Below, piece after piece: positions 9,977 to 20,655 of a DNA stretch of 64,000 bases (positions are counted from its first letter, which is position 1; every line of letters starts with the position of its first letter). This DNA is from Candidatus Omnitrophota bacterium (GTDB lineage: Bacteria > Omnitrophota > Gorgyraeia > Zapsychrales > Fredricksoniimonadaceae), in assembly GCA_903901225.1 (NCBI GenBank), contig CAIUQE010000006.1, positions 15,369-79,368 of the forward strand. Direction: 5' to 3'. The notes under the pieces are model-generated. The model saw only the letters and a program-made list of their open reading frames with translations, ran no database searches and was not told the origin of the DNA. The position numbers and the translations under genes are program-made.

Positions 9977-12139
9977 ATGAATTTCGCGGACACCTTATCC
10001 AAATATAATTTTCCCGAGGAATACAAACAAGCCCTTCTCGCCACGGGGATCGTGACGCTCCATCCCCCGCAGGCCGCCGCCATTGACGCTGGCGTCCTGG
10101 AAGGGAAGAACGTCGTCCTGGCCGTACCCACGGCTTCGGGAAAAACCCTGATCGCGGAACTGGCCATGCTCAAGGCCATCTTTGAAAAGAACGGCCGCTG
10201 CCTCTACATCGCGCCGCTGAAAGCTTTGGCCAGCGAAAAATACCGGGAGTTCCAGAAAAAATACGCGCCCCTGGGCATCAAGGTCGGGATCGCCATCGGC
10301 GACCTTGACTCGCCCAGCGCCTATCTGAAGAATTACCAGATCGTGATCGCGACCGCCGAAAAAGTGGACTCGCTCCTGCGCGCGCGCTCCGACTGGTTCA
10401 TCAATGACCTGGCGGTCACGGTGTTCGACGAGATCCATGTCATCAACGACCCCTCCCGCGGCCCGACGCTCGAGATCCTCGCCACCCGCATCCGCCTGCT
10501 GAACCCGGCGATGCAGGTGCTGGCTTTGTCGGCAACGGTGGCCAACGCCAAAGACATGGCGGACTGGCTCGGAGCCGGAGCTGTCGTCAGCTCATGGCGG
10601 CCCATTCCCCTGCACGAAGGCGTTTACTACAACGGCCGGCTGACCTATGAGAACGGCAACATCCGCGTGATCAAGGAAGATGCCCCGGAAGAGGTCCAGC
10701 AGCTGGTGATGGACACCCTGCGCGGCAAAGGGCAGGCGCTGGTCTTCGTCAATTCACGGCGCTCAACGCAGGCGGTGGCCCGCGAACTTTGCCGCTGGGT
10801 GGGGACACTTCTGACACCGGAAGAGCGGGAGACGCTCAAAGATGTCGCCGCGCGCGTCGCACCACCGCTGGAAAGCACCAAGGTCTGTCAAAAACTCGCG
10901 GAGGTCGTGATCCATGGCGTCGCCTTCCACCACGCGGGCCTGCGTCCCGACCAGCGGGAAGCGGTCGAGGAGAATTTCAAAAAGAATATCATCAAGGTGA
11001 TCTGCTGCACACCCACGCTGGCCGCCGGGGTCAACCTGCCGGCCCGGCGCGCGATCATCCGCGACGCCAAACGCTACGCCTCGGGCGTGGGGTCTGTTTT
11101 CATCCCGGCTTCCGAATACAAGCAATGTGCCGGCCGCGCGGGGCGTCCCCAGTACGATGACTACGGCGAAGCCGTACTGCTCGCGAAATCCCTTTCCGAC
11201 CAGGACGCTTTGTTCGAGCGCTTTATCCTCGCGCCCCCCGAGCCCGTGATGTCCCAGCTGGCCAATGAGCACCAGCTGCGCAAACACGTCCTTGCCTCGA
11301 TCGCGGGAGGCTATGTCAATGATGTCAACGGGATGTTCGAATTCCTCAGCCACACCTTCCTTGCGCATCAGCACAAGGGCGCGAATCTGGTCGAACTTGT
11401 GGGCAACATCTTTGACTTCCTGCACAAAGAACAGTTCATCGACAAGAGCGGCTTCCGTTTTTTTGCCACGCCTTTCGGCGCGCGGGTCAGCCGCCTTTAC
11501 ATCGACCCTCTCTCGGCGCTGGTCATCCGCAAAGGCCTGGCGCGGATCGCCTCAGGCGCGAATTTTTCGTCGATCGGGATATTGCACCTGATCTGCTCCT
11601 GCCCCGACAGTGAAAAACTTTCCGTGGGCAAGACCGACCTGGAAGACCTCGAGGATTTCGGCAACAAGGTCGTTGACGAACTGGCGCTGTCGCCAGAGGA
11701 TATTGAAGCCACGCAGGACCACTACACCGCGCTGGGCGTCCTCAAGACCGTCTGGCTTTTATTGCGCTGGATGGATGAAGAAAAAGAGGAAGATATCTGC
11801 GAACGCTTCAATGTGGGCCCCGGTGATGTTTTCCGCCACACGGAATCGGCCCAGTGGCTGCTCTACGCCGCCCAGTCCATTGCCGAGGTCTACCAGTTCA
11901 AGCAACTGACCCATTTTCTCAACGGGCTCCAGAGCCGCGTGCGTTACGGGATCAAGGAAGAGCTCCTGGAACTGGCGAACCTGCGGGGCATCGGCCGCAT
12001 CCGCAGCCGCATCCTTTTCAACAAGGGCTACAAAACCATCGCCGCGCTCGGGAAACTCTCCGCCGAAGACCTGGGCCACATCAAAGGCATCGGGCTGGCT
12101 TTGGCCAAAGACATCCTGAAACAAACCGCCTCACGATGA
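9977..12139 (+). CDS. Hel308/Ski2-like SF2 DNA helicase (archaeal type)
   Basis: [46 protein letters not shown]-terminal RVRYG and GIGRIRSR HhH region. Start uncertain (9953/9965/9977). Confidence 0.88.
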   Translation: MNFADTLSKYNFPEEYKQALLATGIVTLHPPQAAAIDAGVLEGKNVVLAVPTASGKTLIAELAMLKAIFEKNGRCLYIAPLKALASEKYREFQKKYAPLGIKVGIAIGDLDSPSAYLKNYQIVIATAEKVDSLLRARSDWFINDLAVTVFDEIHVINDPSRGPTLEILATRIRLLNPAMQVLALSATVANAKDMADWLGAGAVVSSWRPIPLHEGVYYNGRLTYENGNIRVIKEDAPEEVQQLVMDTLRGKGQALVFVNSRRSTQAVARELCRWVGTLLTPEERETLKDVAARVAPPLESTKVCQKLAEVVIHGVAFHHAGLRPDQREAVEENFKKNIIKVICCTPTLAAGVNLPARRAIIRDAKRYASGVGSVFIPASEYKQCAGRAGRPQYDDYGEAVLLAKSLSDQDALFERFILAPPEPVMSQLANEHQLRKHVLASIAGGYVNDVNGMFEFLSHTFLAHQHKGANLVELVGNIFDFLHKEQFIDKSGFRFFATPFGARVSRLYIDPLSALVIRKGLARIASGANFSSIGILHLICSCPDSEKLSVGKTDLEDLEDFGNKVVDELALSPEDIEATQDHYTALGVLKTVWLLLRWMDEEKEEDICERFNVGPGDVFRHTESAQWLLYAAQSIAEVYQFKQLTHFLNGLQSRVRYGIKEELLELANLRGIGRIRSRILFNKGYKTIAALGKLSAEDLGHIKGIGLALAKDILKQTASR

Positions 12140-15100
12140 CGTTCCCGTCCCCGCGCCAAAGCCCATAAAATTCCGAACATCACTCACCGGCTGAACATTG
12201 ATGATCAGCGGCAGGATACCCTGGACGTCCTGGTCCAGCGCCTTGACCTGCGCCGGAGAAAGGTCGAACCTGAATGCCCCCGCGTCACCCTGGACATCCA
12301 TCCCCGCGGCCTGGTCCGTGAGGTCGATACCGCCGTCGATCTCGGCTTTAGTGGACTGACTGCGGTCCTTGCCATTCCGATGCGACACCGGTTTGTTCTT
12401 AGGACGACTCTTATAATTATTCCCCTTAGCCACCCCATTACGGCCATCTGGTTTCATTACAAGAAGGGGTTTACTTAAAGCAACCGTTGTTTTCATGTTG
12501 TTTATTTTTTGATCCTCTTGTTTACCTGCAAAGCTGGCCTCGTAGAATCTGCGAGCTGTACGCCCATTTTTCTCCATGAACTTCTCAGCCTCCTGTCCCG
12601 ATAAAGGCATCAAATACACCACATCGCCATATCGCGCACCGGACACAGCGCTCGCCTCTTGCTGGGCAAGGAACAACGCATAACGTGCCTCGCCATAACG
12701 GGAAAAAAGTACCATAAAATGCCTGAATCGCGGGTCTGACTTTTCACGCATATCTTTGACCCACTTTCGCGTAGCAACCTTCGCCTGAGAGTTGCCATTT
12801 AAAAATTCTTCAAAGGGGATTTTATTTACCTTACAAAAAGACGCCATGGCATCCCTGGCACTATCCCTTTTGCCAACAGCCTTTTGAACATTTATTACAG
12901 TTATCTTTTTGACCGAAATGCGTTCTTCCGCAGAAAGCAAAGACAATTCGATTATTCTTTTATAAGTTTCATACGTTCTTGGCCCTCCCACATTCCATGA
13001 AGCTCCCCACGTGATAATTAAGATCCGTTCTGGTGACAATTGAGGATATTCTTTACATAACTGCACAAATGATGCCACCATTGATCTGCGTGACGCAAGC
13101 CGGGTCTTTATCTTGGCTGGCATGGTCACCTGTCCTCGCAACATATCAAACGAACGGGAGTAATAATCATCGGCGGGAACATAGGGCTCCCTGGCAAAGA
13201 TATCATCCATGAACGTTAGTTGAAAGATCAACTGCAACTTGGTATCATTCATCCCCATTTTAAACGCTTTCGGAACAAGCCAATGATCCTTATCTGCCAT
13301 ATATCCCATGGCTTTCGACAGGGCAACAACATGTTTATATTCACGCTCATAACCCGCCCCTCTTAAACGCTCCAGCACTGGTATCGCGATCTTGAACATC
13401 TGTTGGGCTGTTGTGGGTTGGATCTGCAAATATCCGATGGTCGACGAGCGCTCCTTGGCATCCCGAAGGGACTGATTATTCCCGAAACCACTTTCAATGC
13501 CCGACTCCCCGATCCATATCTGGAACAAAACCCTGGAGGATATGCCCGCGGCCTTGAAATTCGGCGCCAGATCATCGTAATACCGCTGGAACATTTTTGC
13601 CATGTCATCGTACGTCGCATTTGGTTTTCCCATCATTTTGATCAGGATTTCCTGGGCGGTGTATTTCTTCGTGGGACGGCCACTCCTGCCATCTTCCAAT
13701 ATCTTGAAATTCTTTGCCACATTCTGAAGCATTTCCTTAACATCCTGCCCGGTCAACTTTTTTTCCTTCTGTTCCACAACGGCAATATGTTTCGGGATCG
13801 CCAGCTTCTCAATCACAAATTTACCGCCGACCGCCATCGCCACGGCCAACGACAACCCCAACAATATCTTTCCACCTGAAGAAGATTTATTCTCAATCCC
13901 GGATTTTATGGCCCTGGCCAATGTCGTGACAAGTTTAACAGCCACCTCCTTAAAACTCCCCTGGGCATTGTCGGGTGAACCATCCTTGACATCCATCGAA
14001 GCATCCATATCTTCCGCCACAAACCCGCCGGAGAAATATTTGCGCGGGATAAGTTCCTGGGAATAAGTATCGAGCTCTTCCTTGATCAGGCTGTAAGCGC
14101 CTTTCCGGAACGCCTCAACGTACCTGTCATAGATCTGCCGGTTCTCTTCCCGCGGATGCGCGATCTCATTGCCCTGCGTCTTGTGCCGGTCGATGAACAC
14201 CTGCGCGAACACATTGGCGTCCGTCCCTTGTATTCCCGTCACAAGCCCGGCACTGGCCATCAATTTCCTCTTGAGCCAGGCCGAAAGGACGAGCGCGTGA
14301 ACGATCTGGCGAAGCATGGCAAAATTCGCGCCTTCATTGACCTCTTTCTCCAGCACCGGTAACACAATCTCGCGCAGGACCCCTTTGGCCAGGAGGACGG
14401 CACTATTGTCAGGTACACCAGCTGCGGGCACAAGCGCATTGGCCTGCGCCGCTGTAACATCCCCGGCAGGAGCCGGGGATTCCGCCATGCCCCTCTGATG
14501 GGACATGGCTACATAGTCAGATTCCAGCATGACCTTGAGCTCAACCTTATCCACGAACGCGGATATCTGCTTGCCATCGGGGCCCAGCATCTCGTGGACC
14601 AGCGAACGGCCGGGCATGATCCAGACCTTGTTGAACGTATCGACCGGGATATCGGTGGTGCCATAAGCCTCGTAGGCGCGGCGGTACACTTCCTTCCAGA
14701 ACACCTTGCCCGTCTCACCGTCAGGATGAAGGAGCGATGCGGTCAACTGCTTGAGGATATAATCCTGGGCCAGCAGGTCGCGCCCCATGGCCGTGCGCCC
14801 GAGGTCCTCCTGGACAATCCGCTGGCTTTCATACGGTGACAGGTTGACCCACAGGTCCTTGTTCGGGATCGTCAGCGACACCAGAAAATATTTGATGAGC
14901 CGCATCGAGACATCATTGAATTCCTGTTGTGCCAGCGCCGCGCGGCCTTCATCGAACAGGAAATCCATGCGCAAAGGGTCACTCGCGTCCACGCGCATCC
15001 CCCGCAGGAGGCACGGCGCGCTCGCGGGGCTGAGCGCCACCATCTGCCCCGCGGGCGGAAGGACAAGCCCCTGGGCCATGGCCGCGGGCACGACCCCGGT

Positions 15101-15148
15101 CACGATGAACGCCAGACAGACAATGGACGCAACCATACGCCTTATCAT
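12131..15148 (-). CDS. Carrier/cargo paralogue 1: signal peptide, conserved N-domain, TM helix, lytic transglycosylase/lysozyme-like cargo, GGIDL tail
   Basis: 1005 aa; [48 protein letters not shown]; cargo motifs IESGFG...[14 protein letters not shown] and ASWNVG. Confidence 0.85.
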   Translation of the reverse strand: MIRRMVASIVCLAFIVTGVVPAAMAQGLVLPPAGQMVALSPASAPCLLRGMRVDASDPLRMDFLFDEGRAALAQQEFNDVSMRLIKYFLVSLTIPNKDLWVNLSPYESQRIVQEDLGRTAMGRDLLAQDYILKQLTASLLHPDGETGKVFWKEVYRRAYEAYGTTDIPVDTFNKVWIMPGRSLVHEMLGPDGKQISAFVDKVELKVMLESDYVAMSHQRGMAESPAPAGDVTAAQANALVPAAGVPDNSAVLLAKGVLREIVLPVLEKEVNEGANFAMLRQIVHALVLSAWLKRKLMASAGLVTGIQGTDANVFAQVFIDRHKTQGNEIAHPREENRQIYDRYVEAFRKGAYSLIKEELDTYSQELIPRKYFSGGFVAEDMDASMDVKDGSPDNAQGSFKEVAVKLVTTLARAIKSGIENKSSSGGKILLGLSLAVAMAVGGKFVIEKLAIPKHIAVVEQKEKKLTGQDVKEMLQNVAKNFKILEDGRSGRPTKKYTAQEILIKMMGKPNATYDDMAKMFQRYYDDLAPNFKAAGISSRVLFQIWIGESGIESGFGNNQSLRDAKERSSTIGYLQIQPTTAQQMFKIAIPVLERLRGAGYEREYKHVVALSKAMGYMADKDHWLVPKAFKMGMNDTKLQLIFQLTFMDDIFAREPYVPADDYYSRSFDMLRGQVTMPAKIKTRLASRRSMVASFVQLCKEYPQLSPERILIITWGASWNVGGPRTYETYKRIIELSLLSAEERISVKKITVINVQKAVGKRDSARDAMASFCKVNKIPFEEFLNGNSQAKVATRKWVKDMREKSDPRFRHFMVLFSRYGEARYALFLAQQEASAVSGARYGDVVYLMPLSGQEAEKFMEKNGRTARRFYEASFAGKQEDQKINNMKTTVALSKPLLVMKPDGRNGVAKGNNYKSRPKNKPVSHRNGKDRSQSTKAEIDGGIDLTDQAAGMDVQGDAGAFRFDLSPAQVKALDQDVQGILPLIINVQPVSDVRNFMGFGAGTGTSS

Positions 15149-15192
15149 TTCAGATCCTCAATGTTCGTTCGGACAACGCTACCACCATTAAA

Positions 15193-15222
15193 AGTATAGA
15201 CTAGTTATAGGTGTGAAAACAA
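15193..15222 (-). promoter_or_regulatory. Putative sigma70 promoter of paralogue 1
   Basis: TTGTTT-N18-TATACT on the minus strand, ~45 nt upstream of the ATG. Confidence 0.45.
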
Positions 15223-15289
15223 CGGGAGGGAGAATAAAACGGGAAAGCGGTTTCCCTGGAAGAACAACCTTTGACGTAAAGTATTAGTA

Positions 15290-16027
15290 TTAGTCGAGAT
15301 ACTTCGCTGATTTAATATTCCGTTCTAAATGATATATTAAAAAATTATTCAGGACCTGCCTCAATTCCTGCTTCACGGACAAAGGCAGGACAAGTTTGAG
15401 GCACTGCGCCCAGGGATGCTTGCCCGCGTATACCAGCGAGGCAATGGTCCCGGGTGATAACGTAACAAGCCCCATGTCTTTCCTTTGACAACGGGGACAG
15501 ACAAGCCCGCCCTTGTACGTGCTGAACTTTTCCCGGCCCGACAACCCCCCGCCGCACTGAACGCACGAGTCGATATGCGGCTGGAATCCGGAAAGGGCCA
15601 GCACCTTGATCTGGAACAGATGGACGAGCCGTCCCACATCGCGTGCCGTCCCGAGGGCCGCGCAGTAATCCAGAAGGAGCTCATACACCGCCTCATTCTT
15701 CTGCTCGACGGGCATGATCTTGTTGACCAGTTCGCAGGCATACTCGCCCGCCGTGATGCGCCGGATGTCGCGGCGCACATCGGGAAAATATTCCTTCATG
15801 TCGCACTGGCTAACGAGGTGCACGTCACTGTTGCGGTACTGGTAATAGACAATGTCGTTGACGGAAAGCTTGTCGAGCGAAGTGTGGAACTTGCGGGGAT
15901 CCTTGCGGATGCCTTTGAGGACGCCCGTCACCTTCCCGTGCGAGCGGGTGAAGAAAAAAGCGATCTTGCTGGTCTCGCGCAGGTCGATCGAACGGAGGAC
16001 TATCCCTTCAGCGGCAATGATAGCCAT
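15290..16027 (-). CDS. recO: DNA repair protein RecO
   Basis: EGIVLRSIDLRETSKI...GKV..V.KG.RK N-terminus; CxxC...CxxC zinc finger. Confidence 0.93.
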   Translation of the reverse strand: MAIIAAEGIVLRSIDLRETSKIAFFFTRSHGKVTGVLKGIRKDPRKFHTSLDKLSVNDIVYYQYRNSDVHLVSQCDMKEYFPDVRRDIRRITAGEYACELVNKIMPVEQKNEAVYELLLDYCAALGTARDVGRLVHLFQIKVLALSGFQPHIDSCVQCGGGLSGREKFSTYKGGLVCPRCQRKDMGLVTLSPGTIASLVYAGKHPWAQCLKLVLPLSVKQELRQVLNNFLIYHLERNIKSAKYLD

Positions 16028-16437
16028 GACAGCATCTCATCCTCTTTACGGCGCATCAGCGCGCGTTCACCGGGCGTGGCGTCATCATGCCCCAGAAGAT
16101 GGAGGATGCCGTGCGCCACATAACGCAACACTTCACGGCGGGGCGCCTCGCCGAACAGGCGCGCGTTGCGGTACGCCTCGGCCGGGCAAATGACCAGCTC
16201 CCCGTCGAAAGGCGCACGGGCGTGGTCCCTGAGGTCAAAGGTGATGATATCCGTCACATGGTCATGCCCCAGCCGCTCGCGGTTAAGGCGGCGCATGGCC
16301 GTGGGCGTCACAAAAGCAATGGAAAGCGTCCCGGCCTTCACGCCCGAACGGGCAAGGAATGTCGCGGCAGCCTTACTGGCCGCCGGGGCCGTCAGAGGGA
16401 CTTTCGTCCGCTGTGGATTTGCTACCGTGATTTCCAT
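16000..16437 (-). CDS. ybeY: rRNA maturation endoribonuclease YbeY
   Basis: TDIITF and HGILHLLGHDD motifs; start taken at MEITVAN. Confidence 0.9.
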   Translation of the reverse strand: MEITVANPQRTKVPLTAPAASKAAATFLARSGVKAGTLSIAFVTPTAMRRLNRERLGHDHVTDIITFDLRDHARAPFDGELVICPAEAYRNARLFGEAPRREVLRYVAHGILHLLGHDDATPGERALMRRKEDEMLSWLSLPLKG

Positions 16438-17773
16438 TGGCCTTTTTAGGATTGGGATATTTGACGCGGACATGGTACATGGCGGAAAGCTCGCGCGAGA
16501 ACATCCGCGTCACGGTATCGATCTCGCGCAGCGTGAGCGCGCACTCGTCAAGCTGCCCGTCGATGAATTTGTTGTTGATGACCTTGCGGACCATGTCGCT
16601 GATCCTGTTGGGCGTGTGCTCGTCCAGCGCGCGGGTGGCGCCTTCGACGGAGTCCGCCAACATGACGATCGCGGTCTCACGGGTCTGCGGCTTCGGCCCG
16701 AGATAGCGGTAGTTCTCCTCGTTCACCGATTCCGTTTCCTGCTCGATCAACGCCTTCTGGTAAAAATAATGGATCAGGCTGGTGCCATGGTGCTGCTGGA
16801 TAAAATCGATCAGCTTCGGGCTCAACTTGGCCCGGCGCGCGATGTCGACCCCTTCCTTGACGTGGTTGAGGATCACCAGGCGGCTCATCGACGGCTCAAG
16901 GTCGTCGTGCTTGTTGTCCGCCATCATCTGGTTCTCGGTGAAATACTCGGGCTTCACCAGTTTGCCGATGTCATGGTAATAGGCGCCGACCCGCACCAAA
17001 AGCGCGTTCGCGCCGATGGCATCCGCCGCGGCCCCCGCCAGGTTACTGAGGATCAGGCTGTGATGGTACGTGCCCGGCGCTTCGAAAGCGAGGCGTTTCA
17101 ACAGGGGCTGCGTGAGCGAATCCGAAAGCTCCAGCAGGCTGAAATTCGTCAGTTCACCGAAAAGCGTTTCAAAGATCTTGAGCGTCGCCAGGACCGCCGC
17201 CGCGGACAAAAGGCCGCTGGTAAAGAACGGCTCCAGGCCGTCGAGCAAAAGCTCTCTGGAAAATACCGGATGCACCAGGAAATAGCCAATGGCCTGTACC
17301 GCGCCCAGCAGGAGTCCGGCGAAAAGGATCGTGCCGCGGGTCCGCGCGCCGCTGATGGCGTAAGCCCCGGTCAACCCGCCGATAAAAACAATGATGCAAT
17401 AATCCAGCGGCATGCCGATCACAAGGCTCAGGACCGCGGCCGACATGAACGACATCGAGAACGCCAGCTGGAGGTCATTGAACAACAGCATGGCCAGCAT
17501 GGCCACGCTCGCCACGGGGATGGCGTACGGCGAAAAATGCAGGAACTCGACCATGTAATGCCCCGTGACGACAATGATCGTCAGAAGGAACCCGAGGTGC
17601 AGGAAGCGTTTGGCGTCAAGATGCCTGAAAAAAGCCAGATGGCACCCGTAAAAGGCCACAAGCAAAGGGATGAGCAAAGAAAACCCGGCCACCATGCAGT
17701 AGCCGAGCAGAATGAAAAAGAAAATACCTGCCGCGATGATGCCGTTGGTGGGTTTATTTATGATAGTGGTCAT
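16373..17773 (-). CDS. 7TM-HD (HDIG) phosphohydrolase, PgpH-like, lacking the large extracellular domain
   Basis: Multiple TM helices, APGTYHHS, YYHDIGK, QHHGT, MLADSVE; phoH-HD-ybeY gene order. Confidence 0.88.
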   Translation of the reverse strand: MTTIINKPTNGIIAAGIFFFILLGYCMVAGFSLLIPLLVAFYGCHLAFFRHLDAKRFLHLGFLLTIIVVTGHYMVEFLHFSPYAIPVASVAMLAMLLFNDLQLAFSMSFMSAAVLSLVIGMPLDYCIIVFIGGLTGAYAISGARTRGTILFAGLLLGAVQAIGYFLVHPVFSRELLLDGLEPFFTSGLLSAAAVLATLKIFETLFGELTNFSLLELSDSLTQPLLKRLAFEAPGTYHHSLILSNLAGAAADAIGANALLVRVGAYYHDIGKLVKPEYFTENQMMADNKHDDLEPSMSRLVILNHVKEGVDIARRAKLSPKLIDFIQQHHGTSLIHYFYQKALIEQETESVNEENYRYLGPKPQTRETAIVMLADSVEGATRALDEHTPNRISDMVRKVINNKFIDGQLDECALTLREIDTVTRMFSRELSAMYHVRVKYPNPKKANGNHGSKSTADESPSDGPGGQ

Positions 17774-18701
17774 AAGCTTCAATGATCTTCTGCACCAGTT
17801 CATGACGGACCGTGTCCGCGGCCGTCAAGTGCACGAACTTGATCTCTTCGACGTTGCGCAGGACTTTCTCCGCCTCGATCAGCCCGATCGGCTGGCCCGA
17901 AGGAAGGTCGCTCTGGGTGACATCGCCCGTGATGATGGTCTTGGAATCGAAGCCGAGGCGCGTCAGGAACATCTTCATCTGTTCGGGGGTCGAGTTCTGC
18001 GCCTCGTCAAGGATGACGAACGCCTCGTTGAACGTGCGCCCGCGCATATACGCCAGGGGCGCAACCTCGATGATCCCCTGTTCCGCGTACTGCTCGACCT
18101 TGTCAGGCTCCAACATTTCATAGAGCGCGTCATACAGCGGCCTGAGGTAAGGCATGACCTTCTGTTCCAGTTCACCCGGAAGAAAACCCAGGTTCTCGCC
18201 CGCCTCGACGGCCGGACGGGTCAAAATGATACGGCGCACGAGGCCTTTCTTAAGCGCGTTGACCGCCATGGCCATGGCAAGATAGGTCTTACCCGTGCCC
18301 GCCGGGCCTATGCCAAAAACAATATCGAATTTCTTGATGGCTTCAACATATTCGATCTGCCCCTTGGTCTTGGGCGTGATGAGCCCTCCCTTGACCGGCA
18401 GTTCGATCTTTTCCTTGGAGAGGCGCTTGAGCCCGTCCTCTTTTTCCACCTCCGCGACACGGTTGGCATACTGGATATCGCGTTTCTTGACGCTGCGCCC
18501 GCTCTTGACGATGCCCAGCAGGTAATTGAAAAGTTCGCCGACCTGGTTGACCTTGTCATCCGGCCCGTCCACCCTCAGACCTTCCTGGATACGATAGATA
18601 CGGACACCAAATTCCTTTTCAATGGTCTTCAGGTTCTCGTCGTATTTCCCGAATAGGTGCTGGATATCGCGATTGTCGTCAAACTTGAGGTTCAGGATCA
18701 T
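17754..18701 (-). CDS. phoH: PhoH family ATPase
   Basis: GPAGTGKTYLA, RPAVEAGENLGFLPG, YMRGRT, DEAQN. Confidence 0.93.
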   Translation of the reverse strand: MILNLKFDDNRDIQHLFGKYDENLKTIEKEFGVRIYRIQEGLRVDGPDDKVNQVGELFNYLLGIVKSGRSVKKRDIQYANRVAEVEKEDGLKRLSKEKIELPVKGGLITPKTKGQIEYVEAIKKFDIVFGIGPAGTGKTYLAMAMAVNALKKGLVRRIILTRPAVEAGENLGFLPGELEQKVMPYLRPLYDALYEMLEPDKVEQYAEQGIIEVAPLAYMRGRTFNEAFVILDEAQNSTPEQMKMFLTRLGFDSKTIITGDVTQSDLPSGQPIGLIEAEKVLRNVEEIKFVHLTAADTVRHELVQKIIEAYDHYHK

Positions 18702-18718
18702 GGGCTGTTATCCTTCTG

Positions 18719-19228
18719 TTATTGCGACGGTGTCTGAGATTTTTCTTCCAACGCGGGGATCTTCAACGCGACCCCCTGCTTGAGGAAATTCGGATCCTTG
18801 ATCACATCACGATTAGCGTCATAGATCTTTGTCCATTTGCTATAAGAACCATAAGACTTCTTGGCGATCTTCTGCAACGTGTCGTCTTTCTGGACAACAT
18901 AGGTCACCGGCTCGGCGACCTGCGGCACAACCTTGACAACGGGCGCGCCGCCCTGCGGCGGCGTAAAATTCTCCGCGGGCGCGGAAGGAACAGCCGTCGC
19001 CTCGGGCACGGGGCCCTGACTTTCCGCTGTTTTCGGTGCGGCTTTATCCTTCTCCACGACTTCGACGACGACCATCTTGCGGGTCTTGACGGGACCCTGC
19101 GTTGACTGGCCAGGAACACCCTGGTCCACGCGCGGCCTGTCGACGACATAAGTCCGCGTGCTCACGCACCCGGACACCGCGGCCAGCGCCGCGCATCCTA
19201 AAACTACGATGAGGATATTCCTGATCAT
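18719..19228 (-). CDS. LysM-domain lipoprotein
   Basis: Lipobox VSGC; C-terminal YVVQKDDTLQKIA...IYDAN...LKIP. Confidence 0.85.
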   Translation of the reverse strand: MIRNILIVVLGCAALAAVSGCVSTRTYVVDRPRVDQGVPGQSTQGPVKTRKMVVVEVVEKDKAAPKTAESQGPVPEATAVPSAPAENFTPPQGGAPVVKVVPQVAEPVTYVVQKDDTLQKIAKKSYGSYSKWTKIYDANRDVIKDPNFLKQGVALKIPALEEKSQTPSQ

Positions 19229-19238
19229 AAACCGCCTC

Positions 19239-20642
19239 CTATATTTTCTTCTTCACTACCGACACAAGCCCCAGGTCCTGCAATTGCTTCGCGTCGACCG
19301 ACGAAGGCGCGTCCGCGAGCGGGCAGGCTCCCCGCTGGGTCTTGGGGAACGCGATGGTATCACGGATGGAATCAAGCCCCGTGAGGATCGCCACAAGACG
19401 GTCAAGCCCGTAGGCGACACCCGCGTGCGGCGGTGCCCCGTACTCGAACGCGCGCAGCAAAAACCCGAAACGCGCCTCGACTTCTTCGGCGCTGATGCCG
19501 ATCGTATCGAATATTTTTTTCTGGATATCCCGGCGGTGGATACGGATCGAACCGGAACCGATCTCGTTACCGTTAAGGACAAGGTCATAGGCCCGCGAAC
19601 GGATCTTCGACAGGTCATTACTCTCCATGAGGGCCACATCGTCCGGATGGACCGACGTGAAGGGATGATGTTCGCTCTCCCAGCGTTTCTCCTCCGCGTT
19701 CCACTTGAACAGCGGGAACTCCGTGACCCACAGGAACGCGAACTCTTCCTTGTTCGTCTTGTCCTTGCGGATATCCGGTTTGTCACAACCATACTGCGCC
19801 ATGGCCTGGGCGTGCGTCATGCGCGGGAACGGTGTCGGCAGATCAATGCCCTTGACCTCCTTGAGGACCGTCCGGAACATGCGCTCCGTCACCGCGTAAA
19901 CATCTTCCTCGTCGACAAACGACATTTCCATGTCGATCTGGGTAAATTCCGGCTGACGGTCCGCGCGCAGGTCCTCATCCCTGAAACATTTGACGACCTG
20001 ATAATAGCGATCCATGCCCGACACCATCAAGAGCTGCTTGAAAAGCTGCGGCGATTGGGGCAACGCGTAGAACTGGCCCAGGTTCAGGCGCGAAGGCACC
20101 AGGAAGTCGCGCGCGCCCTCAGGCGTCGATTTTGTCAGGACAGGGGTTTCAACTTCAATGAAATTTTCGCTGTTAAGGAACGCCCTCACCGTGGCGGCAA
20201 GTTTATGGCGGGTCAGCAGTGTTTCGCGCATCTTGTCGCGGCGCAGATCAAGGTAACGATAGGTCAAACGCAGTTCTTCGGTGACATCACTGTCGCTGTC
20301 GATCTCGAACACCGGGACCTTGCTCTCGTTGAGGATCTCAAGCTCCTTCGCCAGCAGTTCCACACCGCCGGTCGCCATATCCTTGTTAACGTTCTTGTCC
20401 GGCCGCACGCTCACCGAACCCTTGATGCGGATCACGAACTCGGGCCCGAGCTTCTGCGCGGTCTCATGGGCGGGTTTGGCCACCGACGGGACAAAAACGA
20501 CCTGGGTGATGCCGTACCGGTCGCGGATATCAATAAAAATGAGCTTGCCATGGTCGCGGCGGCGATGGACCCAGCCGGTCAATATAACTTCCTGATCTTT
20601 GTGGGCGGGACGAAGCTCGCCACATGTATGCGTGCGTAACAT
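19239..20642 (-). CDS. aspS: Aspartate--tRNA ligase (bacterial type, GAD insertion absent)
   Basis: MLRTHTCGEL, RRDHG, TPEGARDF, LPQSPQLFKQ, FRDEDLRADRQPEFTQ, GAPPHAG; 467 aa. Confidence 0.95.
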   Translation of the reverse strand: MLRTHTCGELRPAHKDQEVILTGWVHRRRDHGKLIFIDIRDRYGITQVVFVPSVAKPAHETAQKLGPEFVIRIKGSVSVRPDKNVNKDMATGGVELLAKELEILNESKVPVFEIDSDSDVTEELRLTYRYLDLRRDKMRETLLTRHKLAATVRAFLNSENFIEVETPVLTKSTPEGARDFLVPSRLNLGQFYALPQSPQLFKQLLMVSGMDRYYQVVKCFRDEDLRADRQPEFTQIDMEMSFVDEEDVYAVTERMFRTVLKEVKGIDLPTPFPRMTHAQAMAQYGCDKPDIRKDKTNKEEFAFLWVTEFPLFKWNAEEKRWESEHHPFTSVHPDDVALMESNDLSKIRSRAYDLVLNGNEIGSGSIRIHRRDIQKKIFDTIGISAEEVEARFGFLLRAFEYGAPPHAGVAYGLDRLVAILTGLDSIRDTIAFPKTQRGACPLADAPSSVDAKQLQDLGLVSVVKKKI

Positions 20643-20655
20643 GTTAACTGCCTTT

